A stretch of DNA of 64,000 bases from Octopus vulgaris (GCA_951406725.2 OX597815.1:209560001-209624000); one strand, 5' to 3'; shown: positions 1 through 15,137, numbered from the stretch's first letter. Notes: generated by a model from the letters alone, not told the origin. Translations and numbers: made by a program.

Positions 1-292
1 CATGGCCTCGTGGTTAGAGCAGCGGACTTGCAGTCGAAGGATTGCGGGTTCGAATCTCAGACCGGGTGATGTGTCTGTTTATGAGCGAAACACCGAGGCT
101 CCGCGCGGCTTCGGCAGATGGTACTGGTGAACTTCTGCGGACTCTTTCGCCACTACTTTCTCTCACTCTTTCCTCTTGCATCTTGCAGCTCACCTGCGAC
201 GGACCGGCGTCCCGTCCAGGTGGGGAACCTATTCGTCAAGGAAACCGGGAAACCGGCCCTTATGAGCCAGGGATGGCTCAGGAAGGAACAAT
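1..292 (+). mobile_element. tRNA-derived SINE (family C), near full length
   Basis: A/B-box head (TGGCCTCGTGG...GGTTCGAATC); close homolog at 20550-20790. Confidence 0.85.
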
Positions 293-744
293 ATAAGCGC
301 ACAGAATATGTTATAACGTCGCTATTTTTTGTTTAATGTATATTTTCTGCACACACGCTAAAAGTACCAGTCTTCCAGGAACGTTTGGGATAACCAAACA
401 GTTCACAGACTACACTGAAAGCAAAACCCTGTGAATTATCTGCTTTGTTAATTATGCAAGTAATTGTAACTCTTACGCTAGAAAACCTTGTAGGGCGTTA
501 AGACACTTGACATACTTTCAGATCACAAATTTTGTCTGTAGGTTAGTTTGCTTATGTCTGGAGATTAAGCATTTGGTTATAGCACCATTTTAAAATGCTT
601 TACACACTCTCTATTATTTGATATATTGTTTTGAATATTATATTTTGAAAACAACCCGCTATTTGAGGGTTTGTATGTATATATGAACGGCAACGGGAAA
701 CTCAGAGTAACAGGTTTTGTTGAATTTTCTGCTGCTTTAAATAA

Positions 745-975
<231 letters not shown>

Positions 976-1041
976 GAGTGTTTGTGGGTACACACACATT
1001 ATTATACACATACATACACGTGTGTAAATAAATATGTGCAC

Positions 1042-1072
<31 letters not shown>

Positions 1073-3008
1073 GCGTGTGATCATTAATGGCTAATGATGT
1101 TTGCCAGCAGATAACTAATCAGTTGTTGAAACAGCTCGACTGTGTCACATGTTAATGAGATCAGGTGAAATGAAGTGTCTTATTTAATGAGTTAATCCTT
1201 TCAGAGAAAACAATATCAGGACCATAAATCATTGTTTTCATTGCACAGTTATATGCATAGTCAGTTCTCTGTCTGTTGGGGAGACAGTGTGTGTGTGTGT
1301 GTGAGAGAGCATGAGAGAGCGTGTGTAAATGTATGTGTGTATGCATGTTACTGAGATGGTATCTGTATATGTATATGTGCGTGAAAGCGTTTGTAACTAT
1401 ATGTATGTGTAATTAACCTCATATATTTGTTAATAAAGTATTTATTGATGACCAAGGAGGTGAATCGGTAGAATCGTTAATGTATCGAACATAATTTACT
1501 CCAAGCTGAGATCTGTCGAGGTGTTTAATCCAGATCTATACGTTCTAAATTCAAATACTTTTCTTGGTCCAGCTTTGTTCTTCATATTTCCTGTATCGTT
1601 CAAATAAATTACCAGCGAAACTGCAGAAGGACAAAATCCTTCTGAATCATTAGTTATTTCTTTTTTTTTGAAATTACTATTGGCCAAAAGATGAAAGGTC
1701 ATGTGTGCAGTAATGATGTTTGTACTATTCGTAAGTACATTGCTATGTATAACAGAACGAAGCCATAGTCTATGCTACTACTGGATCGCGTGGAACGGCT
1801 GAATTGATATTTGAATGTGTGTGTTAGTGTCCCTGCGTATATGCATGTGTATAATACAATGTTTATTGGGGGACGTTGTATATCTTGCGAGTATATTTGT
1901 TTGTGTGTGTGTGTTTGTGTATGTATGTGTGATGTGTATGTGCGTGTGTGTATGTATGCACGTCTATATGTGTTTTTCTAGTTTTTTATTTGTGACTGTC
2001 TTTTACTTTCGTTTTTGAGTGTGTGCTTCTAAGTGTGTGTGTATGTGTGTGCGTGAGTATACGTGTGTTGTATAAGTCATATCTACGAGTGTGTTTCCTG
2101 ACTGATTATGCGTCTGTGTTTTTCTCTATGTGTATGTGTTATTTGCGAGTGTCTTTCTGTATGGGTATGTGTGTGAGAGAGTTTAAGCATATGAAGACCT
2201 AACAATTAGAACGTTTGCTAATTACAACGGCCCGTATTTTGTAAAAGAAAAAGAAAGAAATTAATACACAAAAAACGAAAAAAAAAAAATCAATCAAGAG
2301 CTGCCATATAATTAAACAAACCAGAAAACAACGTAAAAAACAGTTATAAATTATTTGCAAAACGAAAAGAAATGATATAAAAATGGTGTAAAAAATATGA
2401 AAATGCTAAAAAATGGAAATGAAATGTTTAAAACAAATCAATAATTGTAAGGGTTAATTATCGCCATTGGGCAGGATAGTATTGTCATTAATGATAAAGT
2501 CCGCTGTTTTATATATGATGCAGGGATAGATTTTCTACATGTATATGAATACATTCGTGTGCTGTGTATGTGTGCGCTCGCGTTTGTGTGTGTGGCTTAT
2601 ATCGTGATGATGGTTTGATTCTATAGCGAAGTTGTGGCGGTCGTAAGGTAGGAAAAAACATCTGATTAAAGTATTTCGGGAAACAGAACTTAGTATCATG
2701 GTAGATACTTATCACCTTATCACCGTTAAATTTACAGACAGCATTGAGACTGATTTATGATAATTTCAGACCACACCATTCACTAAATGGGAAGTTAGTG
2801 TACACACATAGATAATCGAACCATCCACATATTATCTTGAGAAACGTGGTTGATAGCATTAATAAATGTGTATTTGTGATATATCCCGATGACGATGCTT
2901 TTGTGGGGTAGCTGGGTATTATAATGAGGCACTAATAAATATTAGGTTCTCTGATAAGATTAGATAAGTAAAAATGCTGGCAATGTGAAACGTGAAAGCA
3001 GAAGTACG

Positions 3009-3430
3009 AACATTTTATGGTATAACCTAATATTTAACCCAGTAGTAAAAGCTAAAATAAAAAAGGAATTCCTTAGTTTCATAGGTCACCATTTTCTGTA
3101 GGGCATAATATAGTGAAATATTAAACAGGAACTGTATGAAGGCCGGTTATTCAGCTTGTAAGAATTTTGGTTGTTATATTCAAAGCTAAAAAGCTGGATG
3201 AAAAAGAAGGTAAACAGCTGACAAACAACGATTACGCAACCTCAGAATTCGCGGTAACTGTCCAATGGATGGTAGCTGTCTGGGGAAGTCGATAATATAC
3301 AAGGCAAAATTAGAAACAAACAACAGAAATGAACCTAAAATATAAATTGTCGCAAGTAAACTGATATTCACAAATCGATATTGCAAGCACCAACGTTTGT
3401 TTGTCAGCACTGATAAGAATACACTACGGT
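3009..3430 (+). mobile_element. Degenerate Penelope-like element C-terminal/GIY-YIG fragment (different lineage from the 13-15 kb copy)
   Basis: Translates as NILWYNLIFNPVVKAKIKKEFLSFIGHHF, ILNRNCMKAGYS and NCPMDGSCLGKSIIYKAKL..KI*IVASKLIFTNRYCKH. This resembles the WFNPP/FNRNTVKxSYS/CPLxGxCL/YIG..RYxNH pattern of PLEs. Confidence 0.75.
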
Positions 3431-3713
3431 GTGAACTTTAAGTGAAAAATTAAGAATTTTCTTTCAAGATAGTAACAACTTAAAAAAAGAAAAAAAAAAC
3501 AGAATTCTTAGAACCTTGTATGCACAGCGCTAAGTATCTCATATGTAAATACCAACCACCTTGAATTTTGTTTTTGTTCGGGGATGTAAAAACGTTGGTT
3601 TTGAAATGTTAGATTAATATATATATTTATGTGTATGTGCGTGTATACATACATACATACATACATACATACATACATACATACATACATACATACATAA
3701 ATACATACATACA

Positions 3714-3820
<107 letters not shown>

Positions 3821-4642
3821 GTGTGTGTGTGTATACGCAGACACACACAAAATGCGCGCTCACACACAAGTGCATGCTCAAAAATACATTGTTTTTAAAA
3901 CATATTTATCTAAAACAATATTTCAACAAAATAGCAATTTTGTGCGTAAAGTTACTTGAGTGATCTCGTTTGCATGGAGTTTAAGACATTTGGAGTATTT
4001 TCACAAGAGGCAGCAGAAACGAAATAAAAAACATATGGTAGAAACAGCCAACTTGGCATACATCACGTTGAAGTTTTAACAAAATAGAAAAGGAAAAAGA
4101 AGCATTTTCTTCCTAACTTTCATATAACATTTCAAGACATATTCAAACAACAGGCATTTCAAGGAAAGACAAACATGCTCAGATGACCAGCTGATTGATC
4201 GGAAACGTGGAATTCGGTGTACTGGAATTATGAACCTTTCAGCTCCACCGATTGCAATGCATTAAAGAAAACCCTTACGCGTTAAGTTCTGTAATTTATT
4301 GATTCTTGATAAATCAGCAGAGAATTGTGGCTGTGTGGTTGCGTGGGTAAGAAGCTTTCTTCCCAATCATACAGCTTTCGGTTCAGTTCCACTTCGCAGC
4401 ACCTTGACCAAAGCCTTGTGAGTAGATTTAGTAGATGAAAACTGAAACAAGCTCGTGATATATATACATAGATTCTTTTACTTATTTCGGTCAGTTGACT
4501 GCGGCCTTGCTGGAGCACAGCCGTGAACTGTTTTAGTCGAAGAAATTGCCCCAAGGCCATTTAAAAAAATCTTATACTTATTCTATCATTTTATTTTTTC
4601 GAACCGCAAAGCTACAGAGATGTAAACACAGAACAATGGTTG

Positions 4643-4780
<138 letters not shown>

Positions 4781-4929
4781 CTACAAAATATATATAATAC
4801 ATATATATATATTTGCATATCATATATAATATATAACTTAGAAAACTTGTGTTTCCACAAAAGGTTGGGCCAGGTAATGTTTAAATTAATAGCACCACCT
4901 GATAGGATTATCTAAACCCTTTTTAAGTC

Positions 4930-5417
4930 AAGTTTCGTGTTATCATCGTCCATTCGATTCGGGAGTTCTCGTTGAGCGAGTTGTTTCCAGGTATTTGTGG
5001 CTTGTCTAGTTTTCCCTGAAGAAATTTGTCCAGATTCCGTTCAGATATAATAGGATCCTTTTCTTCTTTGATCCTTTCCAGGACAATGTTATATAGGGCA
5101 GGGCTTGTTGAAGAAAAGAAATTAAGTTGCAATGTATTATGTGCTGTGATTCTGAATTGGGTAGGAGACGTTCGACCCGTGGTCCTAGCCCTGGATGGAT
5201 TTTGAAGCGAAGGCCGAGGTTGTTTGCGCAATGCTTGTGGTATATTCTCCACATCGTGCAAATGACATATCGCTCACTGCAGCGCTGGAGAGAGTAGAGT
5301 TTCAATGCTTTAAGGCGGTCCCAAGTTATCGAGAACGGTCATGCCTTTAATTCTTTTGGTGAATGACCTCTGATGATTCAATTTTCGAAATGTTTTGTTT
5401 TGTATGGGGCAGCAACA

Positions 5418-5418
<1 letters not shown>
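4930..5418 (-). mobile_element. CR1/L2-group LINE 3' fragment
   Basis: QRSFTKRIKGM..LKLYSLQRCSERYVICTMWRIY..PALYNI..EEKDP..LDKFL..DKPQIPG..NENSRIEW, a typical CR1/L2-group ORF2 C-terminus; frameshifted. Confidence 0.8.
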
Positions 5419-5454
<36 letters not shown>

Positions 5455-5459
5455 CAAAT

Positions 5460-5524
<65 letters not shown>

Positions 5525-5936
5525 GGCGCAGGAGTGGCTGTGTGGTAAGTAGCTTGCTAACCAACCACATGGTTCCGGGTTCAGTCCCACTGCGTGGCAT
5601 CTTGGGCAAGTGTCTTCTGCTATAGCCCCGGGCCGACCAATGTCTTGTGAGTGGATTTGGTAGACGGAAACTGAAAGAAGCCTGTCGTATATATGTATAT
5701 ATATATATATATGTATGTGTGTGTATGTGTTTGTGTGTCTGTGTTTGTCCCCCTAGCATTGCTTGACAACCGATGCTGGTGTGTTTACGTCCCCGTAACT
5801 TAGCGGTTCGGCAAAAGAGACCGATATAATAAGTACTGGGCTTACAAAGAATAAGTCCCGGGGTCGATTTACTCGACTAAAGGCGGTGCTCCAGCATGGC
5901 CGCAGTCAAATGACTGAAACAAGTAATAGAGTAAAG
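5525..5936 (+). mobile_element. SINE family A (tRNA head, CTTGGGCAAGT core-like box, internal TA/TG microsatellite, GTAAAAGA-repeat tail)
   Basis: High similarity to 8092-8510, 9634-10058, 26574-26935, 44787-45222 and 60231-60639. Confidence 0.9.
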
Positions 5937-6118
5937 TGTATATATATATATACACGTTATTAATAGTTTCAAAATCACACTAAGGAACCCAGTGATAAAG
6001 TTTACTATCATCAAAGACAATGGGGAACTTGTTTGATCAATATGCGTGCATACGTACATAAATACACACACACATACACACATACATACATGCATGCATA
6101 CGTACATACATACATACA

Positions 6119-6152
<34 letters not shown>

Positions 6153-6927
6153 CATACACTCAATAACGTACATACACACACTCATACGTACATACATGTA
6201 CACATGCATACACAGACGTTCACCCACATACAGCTAAGCATAGTTACACGTATGTCGTGTATATAAGATACGTTATCAAAAACAACAAAATTCTGTTTAA
6301 ATAATTCATTAAAGTGAACTACCCTTAGTGATTACGTATGCATCCTTTGCAACTTCACTCATCCATTCTGGTCAATAACCCTCGGCAAAGAACTGTAATA
6401 ACTTTAATGTAGCTGAAACTCATCCAATGAAATTCAGATGATTTCCATTTTCCACTGAATACAAACAGTGATAGTATTTAAATTACTTCGTATTTCATTA
6501 GCGATATCAACTGAAAACAACTATTAGAGTAATAAACCTATATGTCAATGCGTGAAATGATTTAAATTTATTGACCGCTATTTCTGAAGTTTTCAAAGAA
6601 AGAAATTTGAAGACAAACAAACAAACAAACGCCACCACCAAGACAAACACGCAACCACCACCATCACCACCACCATAAAGAAAAGCGGTTTCTCTCACAT
6701 CACCCTTCCACAGAATATTACCACAACATGAACATTATTCTTGTGAAATGGTCAGTTCTGGTTGTAAAGTCGTAATAAATTATCCACTTTTATCTTTGAA
6801 ATATCTATTTCATTTCACTTAGTTTTATATCTGTTGAATCATATTTGAATTATATATATACATACATACATACATACATACCTACACACACAACACACAC
6901 ACACATATATATGTATATATATGTATA

Positions 6928-6983
<56 letters not shown>

Positions 6984-7078
6984 CCAAACAAGAAAGCACA
7001 CAAAAAAAACACAACAACGCGAGGACGTGGAACAAATATAGTATTATTGGACGCTCAGGAAAGAAGGAAAGAAGGAGG

Positions 7079-7113
7079 GTTTAACGTTTCGAGCGGAGCT
7101 CTTCGTCGGAAAC
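7079..7113 (-). ncRNA. Minimal hammerhead motif (U4C variant) in a TA-flanked cassette (6981-7200)
   Basis: Minus strand: GUUU-CCGACGA-A GAGC UCC GCUC-GAA-ACGU-U^AAAC. Confidence 0.65.
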
Positions 7114-7328
7114 ATAGGAGAAGGAAAGATCCAGAGAAGGGAAGACAGAGGAAAAAAATCGCCAACGGTACACACGAGGTCACATTTTGAAAGACCGTAT
7201 ATGTGTATGTGGTATGTGTGTATATATATATATATGTATATATATATACGTTTAAATATTTGTTGTGCAAGATTTTTTATGGCTGACGGTTAGTAAGGAG
7301 AGACACAAATAAGTAAGAAGAAAACAAA

Positions 7329-7373
7329 GGACCACTGATGCGGTCACAGGAGTGTGACGAAAGAACTCTGGCC
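7329..7373 (+). ncRNA. Hammerhead-like motif (A9C variant)
   Basis: GGACCA-CUGAUGC-G GUCAC AGGAGU GUGAC-GAA-AGAACU-C^UGGCC. Confidence 0.45.
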
Positions 7374-7436
7374 GAAATAAGATTAAGATTAATGTAAAAA
7401 ATAAATAACACTGAAGCAAAATGACCATTCCTAAAT

Positions 7437-7479
<43 letters not shown>

Positions 7480-8041
7480 TGCATGCATGTATGTATATAT
7501 TGAATTTTACTTCTGTATTTATTTCAGACCAATGGGTCTACAAGGTCAGGCAATGTGGATGTGTACATTAACATGTATATAAGTATATGTGTATAAGCGT
7601 TGTGTACGTGTAGGTATGTGTGTGTGTGCGTGCATGCGCGCGTGCGTTTCTGGAGTCAGTGAATATTGCCTTAATATTCATGTAGTGTTATAGAAGCTTC
7701 TTAAAATGCTTGTTTGTGTGTGTGTGTATGCGTGTGTGTGTGTGTATCCGTACGTTTTTTCCTTAATATATTATTTATGCTTCATTAATATCATTTACGC
7801 ACACACATACACTCACAAACATACATACATACATGCATACATACATTCATACGTACACACACACACTGATATATATATACATACAATCATTTCTCACTGA
7901 CTCCTTTTTCTTATTTGCATTCACGGCAGCTTATGATGTGAGAAACCACTACACACAAAAAACGTAATAAATACTAATAAACACACACAAACAACATACA
8001 CATATGCATGCATATACATACACATATACATACACATATGC

Positions 8042-8091
<50 letters not shown>

Positions 8092-8093
<2 letters not shown>

Positions 8094-8510
8094 CATAGGA
8101 GTGGCTGTGTGATAAGTAGCTTGCTTACCAACCACATGGTTCCAGGTTCACTCCCACTGCGTGGTACCTTGGGCAAGAGTCTTCTACTATAACCGCGGGT
8201 CGACCAAAGCCTTGTGAGTGGATTGGGCAGACGGAAACTGGAAGAATGCCGTCACATATATGTATATATATATATATATGTATATGTGTGTGTATATGTT
8301 TGTGTGTCTGTGCTTGTCCCTCCAACATCGCTTGACAGCCGATGCCGGTGTGTTTACGTCCCCGTAACTTAGCGGTTCGGCAAAAAGAGACCGATAGAAT
8401 AAGTACTAGGTTTACAAAGAATAAGTTCTGGGGTCTATTTGCTCAACCAAAAGGCGGTGCTCCAGTATGGTCACAGTCAAATGACTGAAACAAGTAAAAG
8501 AGTAAAAGAG
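8092..8510 (+). mobile_element. SINE family A
   Basis: Full-length copy. Confidence 0.9.
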
Positions 8511-8601
8511 TATATATATAGGGTGGCGAATACTCGTTAATTGTGGTTTTTGGCCGTGTTGGCTGCTATTTCTAGCATGTAGAAATTACCTATTTTGAAA
8601 A

Positions 8602-8638
<37 letters not shown>

Positions 8639-8912
8639 TACATACGTGATATTTACACAATTCCTTTTGTTTTCTTTATGTGCATCCATTGGTCCTCTTT
8701 GACGTAAAAAATGAAAATACATGTATACATATATACATGTATACATATACATGTATACATATATACATGTATACATATATACATGTATACATATATACAC
8801 ACTAACTCACACACAGATACTCACTAGCAAAACATCTTATATGAATCAATTAGTTTTTATTTGTCTTTATCAATATCATCATCACTATCTCAAGAGTAAC
8901 CGCCACCACCAG

Positions 8913-8981
<69 letters not shown>

Positions 8982-9160
8982 TTAATAGTAGCAATAGTAG
9001 TAGCAGTAGTAGTAGTAGTAGTAGTAGTTTTTTCAAGTGCTATTTCTGTCCGTCTTATTATTTTCTTTCTTCCTTTTTCCTTTTCTTCATCTCACTCACA
9101 TTTGAAGAAAAAAAAAAATTTCCCCACGCTTATTTATTTGAACTGAAAACCTCATCATAA

Positions 9161-9233
<73 letters not shown>

Positions 9234-9633
9234 TTAAATCGATAAAGTATTTTTTTTCAAATACCTAAACCGAAAAGAAAAGAAAAAAACCATAACAGAG
9301 AGAGCAACAAAAAAAAAAAAAAAAATCAGACTAAAAACAACAACCATTGAAAAGAAAATTTCACGAAGAAAAATTACTCGGTAATAAAAACATTTCCTTC
9401 TTTTGCTTGATATAACAGAATTAGAATTAGAAGAAAAAAGAAAAAAAAAAAAGAAAAACGACAAGAACCGCTTATCATTAAATGTTCATTTAAAGTGTTA
9501 TATTTCCTTTTCTCGGCTTAGTAATCATTTTATTTCACATAGATATAAAGCCATCAATTGGTAAGGAGAGATTAGTCGATTAAATCTCTTCCCTGGTACG
9601 TTACTGGTACTTATTTTATTTTATTGACCTTCA

Positions 9634-10058
9634 CTCTTTACTCTTTTACTCTTTTACTTGTTTCAGTCATTTGACTGTAGCCATGCTGGAGCAGGGACTT
9701 TAGTCGAGCATATCATCCCCAGGACTTATTCTTTGTGAGCCTAGTACTTATTCTATCGGTCTCCTTTTGCCGAACCGCTAGGTTACGGGGACGAAAATAC
9801 ACAAGCATCGGTTGTCAAGCGATGTTGTTGGGGGGACAAACACAGATACAGAAACATATACATACATACATACATACATATATATATAGCGCTTCTCCTT
9901 TCATATATATACGACGGGCTTCTTTCAGTTTCCGTCTATCAAATCCACTTACAAGGCTTTGGTTGGCCCGAGGCTATAGTAGAAGACACTTGCCCAAGGT
10001 GCCACGCAGTGGGACTGAACCCGGAACCATGTGGTTGGTAAGCAAGCTACTTACCACA
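9634..10058 (-). mobile_element. SINE family A
   Basis: Near full-length inverted copy. Confidence 0.9.
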
Positions 10059-10447
10059 AAGTTAAAAATGTATGAAATTGGATAAAACTTCACGAGTCAT
10101 ATGGACTCAGGTGGCAGGTTTCCTGGTCTTTGTGGCGTATATATTCCACCTCTCTCTTAGCCCATGACCCGGATTCCGGTTCGTGGCAGCGGGACTCATT
10201 TTTGTCAGGAATCGAAACCACAATCATGAGCCCAACGCCCTAACCACTAAAGATAAAGTTGCGTTCGATGGATTTTGAACACGGAACGTAAATAGATGGC
10301 AGAACAACTGCAAAGCATTTTGCAAGATGCTTTAACGATTTTGTCCAGTAATAATATTTCTTATCTGCCCGCTCCACTCCGGGCCTGTACGATAAGAGCT
10401 AAATTGTGGCTGAAAGATTTCTCAGTCGAGATCATATATATATATAT

Positions 10448-10760
10448 ATCACCGTGATCACCGTGATAGACCAGGCTATCAGATGTTGCTACACATCGCT
10501 GGTCACAATGCGCTTCGCATTGTTTTTTAGCCTTCAAATGACGCCACCCCGCTGGCTAAGCGAGCAGGCCAACAGAAGAAACATTGAGAGAAAGTTATGG
10601 CGAAAGAGTACAGCAGGGATCGCCACGACCCTCTGCCGGAGTCTCGTGGAGCTTTAGGTGTTTTCAATCAATAAACACTCACAACGCCCAGTCTGGGAAT
10701 CGAAACCGCGAACTTAAGACCGCGAGTCCGCTGCCCTAACTACTGGGCCATTGCGCCTCC
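10448..10760 (-). mobile_element. tRNA-derived SINE sharing head and centre with family C but with a different tail ending (CACGGTGAT)2
   Basis: Head GGAGGCGCAATGGCCCAGTAG..GTTTCGATTCC; the tail is repeated as a fragment at 44305-44421. Confidence 0.85.
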
Positions 10761-11519
<759 letters not shown>

Positions 11520-11520
<1 letters not shown>

Positions 11521-11743
11521 GTTTGTCACACACATATATATACACACAAACTCACACACACACAACAACACACACACACACATAGTATACAAACACACAC
11601 CACATACAAACAACACACACACACAGAACACACACACCCACACACAACGCACCCACATATATCACATATACACACAGCACACAAATATAACATGTATCTA
11701 TATATAACATACACAGATATATAACACACATACACACACAACA

Positions 11744-11776
<33 letters not shown>

Positions 11777-12569
11777 CACACGCACACATACATACATAAT
11801 ATAAATATCACACAAATACACCTAGCATATATATACACACATACAATACACACATACAGCATGTAAGTAATATACATACACAATATATGCATGCAATATA
11901 CATACGCAATACATACATATAATATATATATATATAGACAATGCATATACATATATACACATATACATATAAATAGTGTTTACATACACATACATAGATG
12001 TACCACATATACACACAACACACATACATACAATGCATACACATACACGTACGCATACATATAATATATATATACACACACACACACATAACATACATAC
12101 ACACACAATGCATACATATATATACACGCAATGCATATACATGTATTCATGCATATATAGCACACCTACAATATACATATATACAGTGCACACATACACA
12201 CAAATATATACACTTAATTGTACACGTACATATACAATACACATACATACAATATACATATACACAATGCGCATGCAAATAATGTACATGTTTATACACA
12301 CATAAACATGCAAATAAATATACACACACACACATACACACACACACATATATATACACATATATATATATATATACACACATACATACATACATACATG
12401 CACATACATATATTTTTTCACACACATACACATACATATATATATATAAAAAATTCACCCCCCCACACACACAAATTACAAACCTATAGCGTACACACTC
12501 AAATATATCTCTACATGCCGCACACACACACAAACAAAGTACTAACATATACACACATACCATGCATAT

Positions 12570-12606
<37 letters not shown>

Positions 12607-12782
12607 AAAAACAGATACATATGTAAATACATACACACGTACACAATGCTCACACACACACACACACATACACACACACCCGCACACAGTGCACACACAC
12701 ACACACATATATACACACGTGCACACACACACACACACACAACGCGCGCGCACACACACATATACACACACACGCACACAGT

Positions 12783-12825
<43 letters not shown>

Positions 12826-12990
12826 TCACCTACATATATATAATGCATGCGTGTGCATGCCACGTATGTGTGCGGTCAATGCCCGCTAGTGTGTCCTATG
12901 CGTGCCGATGCGCGCATGTGCCCGCCCGCACGATATGCTGTGAGCGTGCGCGCGTCCCTGTGTGCTTGCTCTGGATGTGCTTCCAAGGGG
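11520..12990. repeat. ~1.5-kb degenerate (CA/TA)n low-complexity tract downstream of the Penelope ORF
   Basis: Alternating purine-pyrimidine sequence throughout. Confidence 0.95.
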
Positions 12991-12994
12991 TATG

Positions 12995-14962
12995 TTAGAG
13001 TATGTTTAGTTGTGGTCTGTATTTTTGAATAAGATTACTTTCCTTATTTATTCGTGTTTGGTCTGTGGTGTTGTCCGAGCATTGGTATAGTGGGAAGACT
13101 AAGAATTTGGGGGACTTATTGTGTGCACAAAGGTCTAAGTGTCCACTTAGTGGTATCTGTCTTGTGGAGGGGTCCCTCAGTTGTTGTCGGTGAACTGTCA
13201 TTCTGTCTCTGAGGGTAAGGCTCGTTTGCCCTATATAGTCTTCGTGGCATCCTTCACACCTTATGACGTAGAGTAAATTTTTTGATGCGCACGTGAAGTT
13301 ATTTTTTATGATGAATGTGTGTCCCGAGTGGAACTTGTACGACGATCCCTCAATGAGGTGGATGCAGGTCTTACAGTTGGGGCGACCACATTTTTTGATG
13401 GTGGGCGGTGGATTTGTGTTGTGTAATTTTGCGTTGGTGAGGAGGTTTTTAGGGATTTAGGTTGTCTCTTACTTTTTATTATTTTATGAGCTGCCAGTAT
13501 TTTTTTCAGGCGTGGGTCTTGATTTAGTTGTGGAATGTTGTTGTATATAATAGTGTAAGCTTCTGCATTCCTTGGGTTGTGTGTTGAGAGATAAGGAGGC
13601 TATTGACTGTACTGTGGATGTGTTTGGGTTTTCGAAGGTCTTGAATGTTGATTGATTTGGCCCGTTCTATTCCGTTGTCTACTAGTGATGCCGGGTAATG
13701 TCTTTCGAGAAGAATTGCCCTTAGTTCCCGGAGTCTTCTATTTCGTGTTGTGTCATTTGAGACAATAGTGCAGATTCTTCTCGCTAGGTTGAAGGGGATA
13801 TTTGTCTTTGTGTGTTTTGGGTGATTGGAGGTGAATAGAAGGTATTGTTTAGAGTCAGTGGGTTTGTAATGGATGTCAGTTTCAATGTTGACGCCTTTTT
13901 TAATGATTAGGATGTCAAGAAAAGGGAGTTGGTCCTGACTATATTCCATTGTGAATTGAATGTTGTTATTTACACTGTTGATAAGGTTTTTGAAGTCTAT
14001 AAGTTGGTCGAGTGTGTGGGACCATAGGATGAGGCAATCATCTAAGTAGCGTTTCCAGTTCTCCAACAGGTATTTGTGGAAAGACTGGCCGTACTTATAT
14101 TTGGATTTTTCATAGATATGTGATTCCAGGTAGGCCATCACCAGGTTTGCATAGGTAGGTGCAACTTTCGTACCCATTGCAGTTCCTGAGACCTGTCTGT
14201 AAGTGTTGTTGTGGAAATACATGAAGTTGTTTTGCAGAATAAATTTGAGGCCCTCAATTATGAATTCTTTTTTAATTCTTTCCGGGATCTCATTGGGATA
14301 TTTATCCAGCCAGAATTTAATGGCTTCCAGTCCAAATTCATATGGGATTGTGGTGTAAAGATTAATAACATCAAAAGAAACGATTAAGGTGTCTTTATCG
14401 GCATGTTTGGGGAGATGGTTTAATAGGTCCAGGTCATCTCTTACAATACTTGGAATGTGTTTCAGTATTGGCTTTAAGATGATATCTATAAAGTTGCTAA
14501 GTCTGTGTGTTTCTCACAACTTGGGCCTGCCACTATTGGTCTCAGTTTGAGATCAGTGGGATGTGGTATAGTGATGCAGGTTGAAGTGGACGTTTTGCAA
14601 GCTTCTGTGATAATTTGACTCTTGTGTATTTTTGGAAGCCCATAGAGTGTGCTGGTTTTGCAATTAAATTTAGTAATGTAGTCGCATTCCTTTACTGTCA
14701 AGTCATTCCGGTGTTAGTAAATGAGTGCCTTCAGATTGGTCATTGTTTTGGATTGCTGGTAGTCGACTACTCTTTCGTAGTATGTGGTATCCTCTAAAAG
14801 GAGAGATACAGAGTTTTTATATTGCTCAGTATTCATAACAACGACCGTACTACCCTTATCAGCTTCCTTTATTGTGACGTCATGATTGTCTCGTAGCGTA
14901 TGGATGATTTCCCATTCTCTTTTACTGGTGTTGGGTTTTGGAAAGAATATGGAGATATGCAA
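12995..14962 (-). mobile_element. Penelope-like retroelement ORF (reverse transcriptase + GIY-YIG endonuclease), 5'-truncated, with a few frameshifts; probably Neptune-type
   Basis: Minus-strand motifs in order: IKEADKGSTVVVM, LYGLPKIHKS, LRPIVAG, IVSFDVINLYTTIP, GTAMGTKVAPTYANL, WKRYLDDC, LPFLDI, HYKPTDSKQYL, then a Cys linker CGRPNCKTC and TCASKNLLYVIRCEGCHEDYIGQT..LRDRMTVHRQ (GIY-YIG). Split over ORFs 14714-14962, 14486-14701, 13524-14222 and 12995-13201. Confidence 0.95.
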
Positions 14963-15052
14963 TTGTCAATTCAAAAATCAAAATCTATTAACATGATATT
15001 ATATCATATTCTTATAATAATATAATATAATGAATAATAAACATTAAATACA

Positions 15053-15137
15053 AATTACATACAATTGTTTCGATTCTTACCCATACTAAGATTATAAAAA
15101 TCCATTGTTTGTGGTTAAATATCTCTTCAATGTAATT
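15053..15137 (-). ncRNA. Type I hammerhead ribozyme motif just upstream of the Penelope ORF
   Basis: Minus strand: AAUUACA-UUGAAGA-GAU...AUC-GAA-ACAAUUGU-A^UGUAAUU. Perfect 7-bp stem I, palindromic stem III, U3.G8 variant. Confidence 0.8.

Noticed and set aside
1-65. tRNA-like sequence (also the heads at 5525, 10760, 44787, 57404)
   Set aside because: Continues directly into a SINE body and lacks a proper acceptor stem; not tRNA genes.
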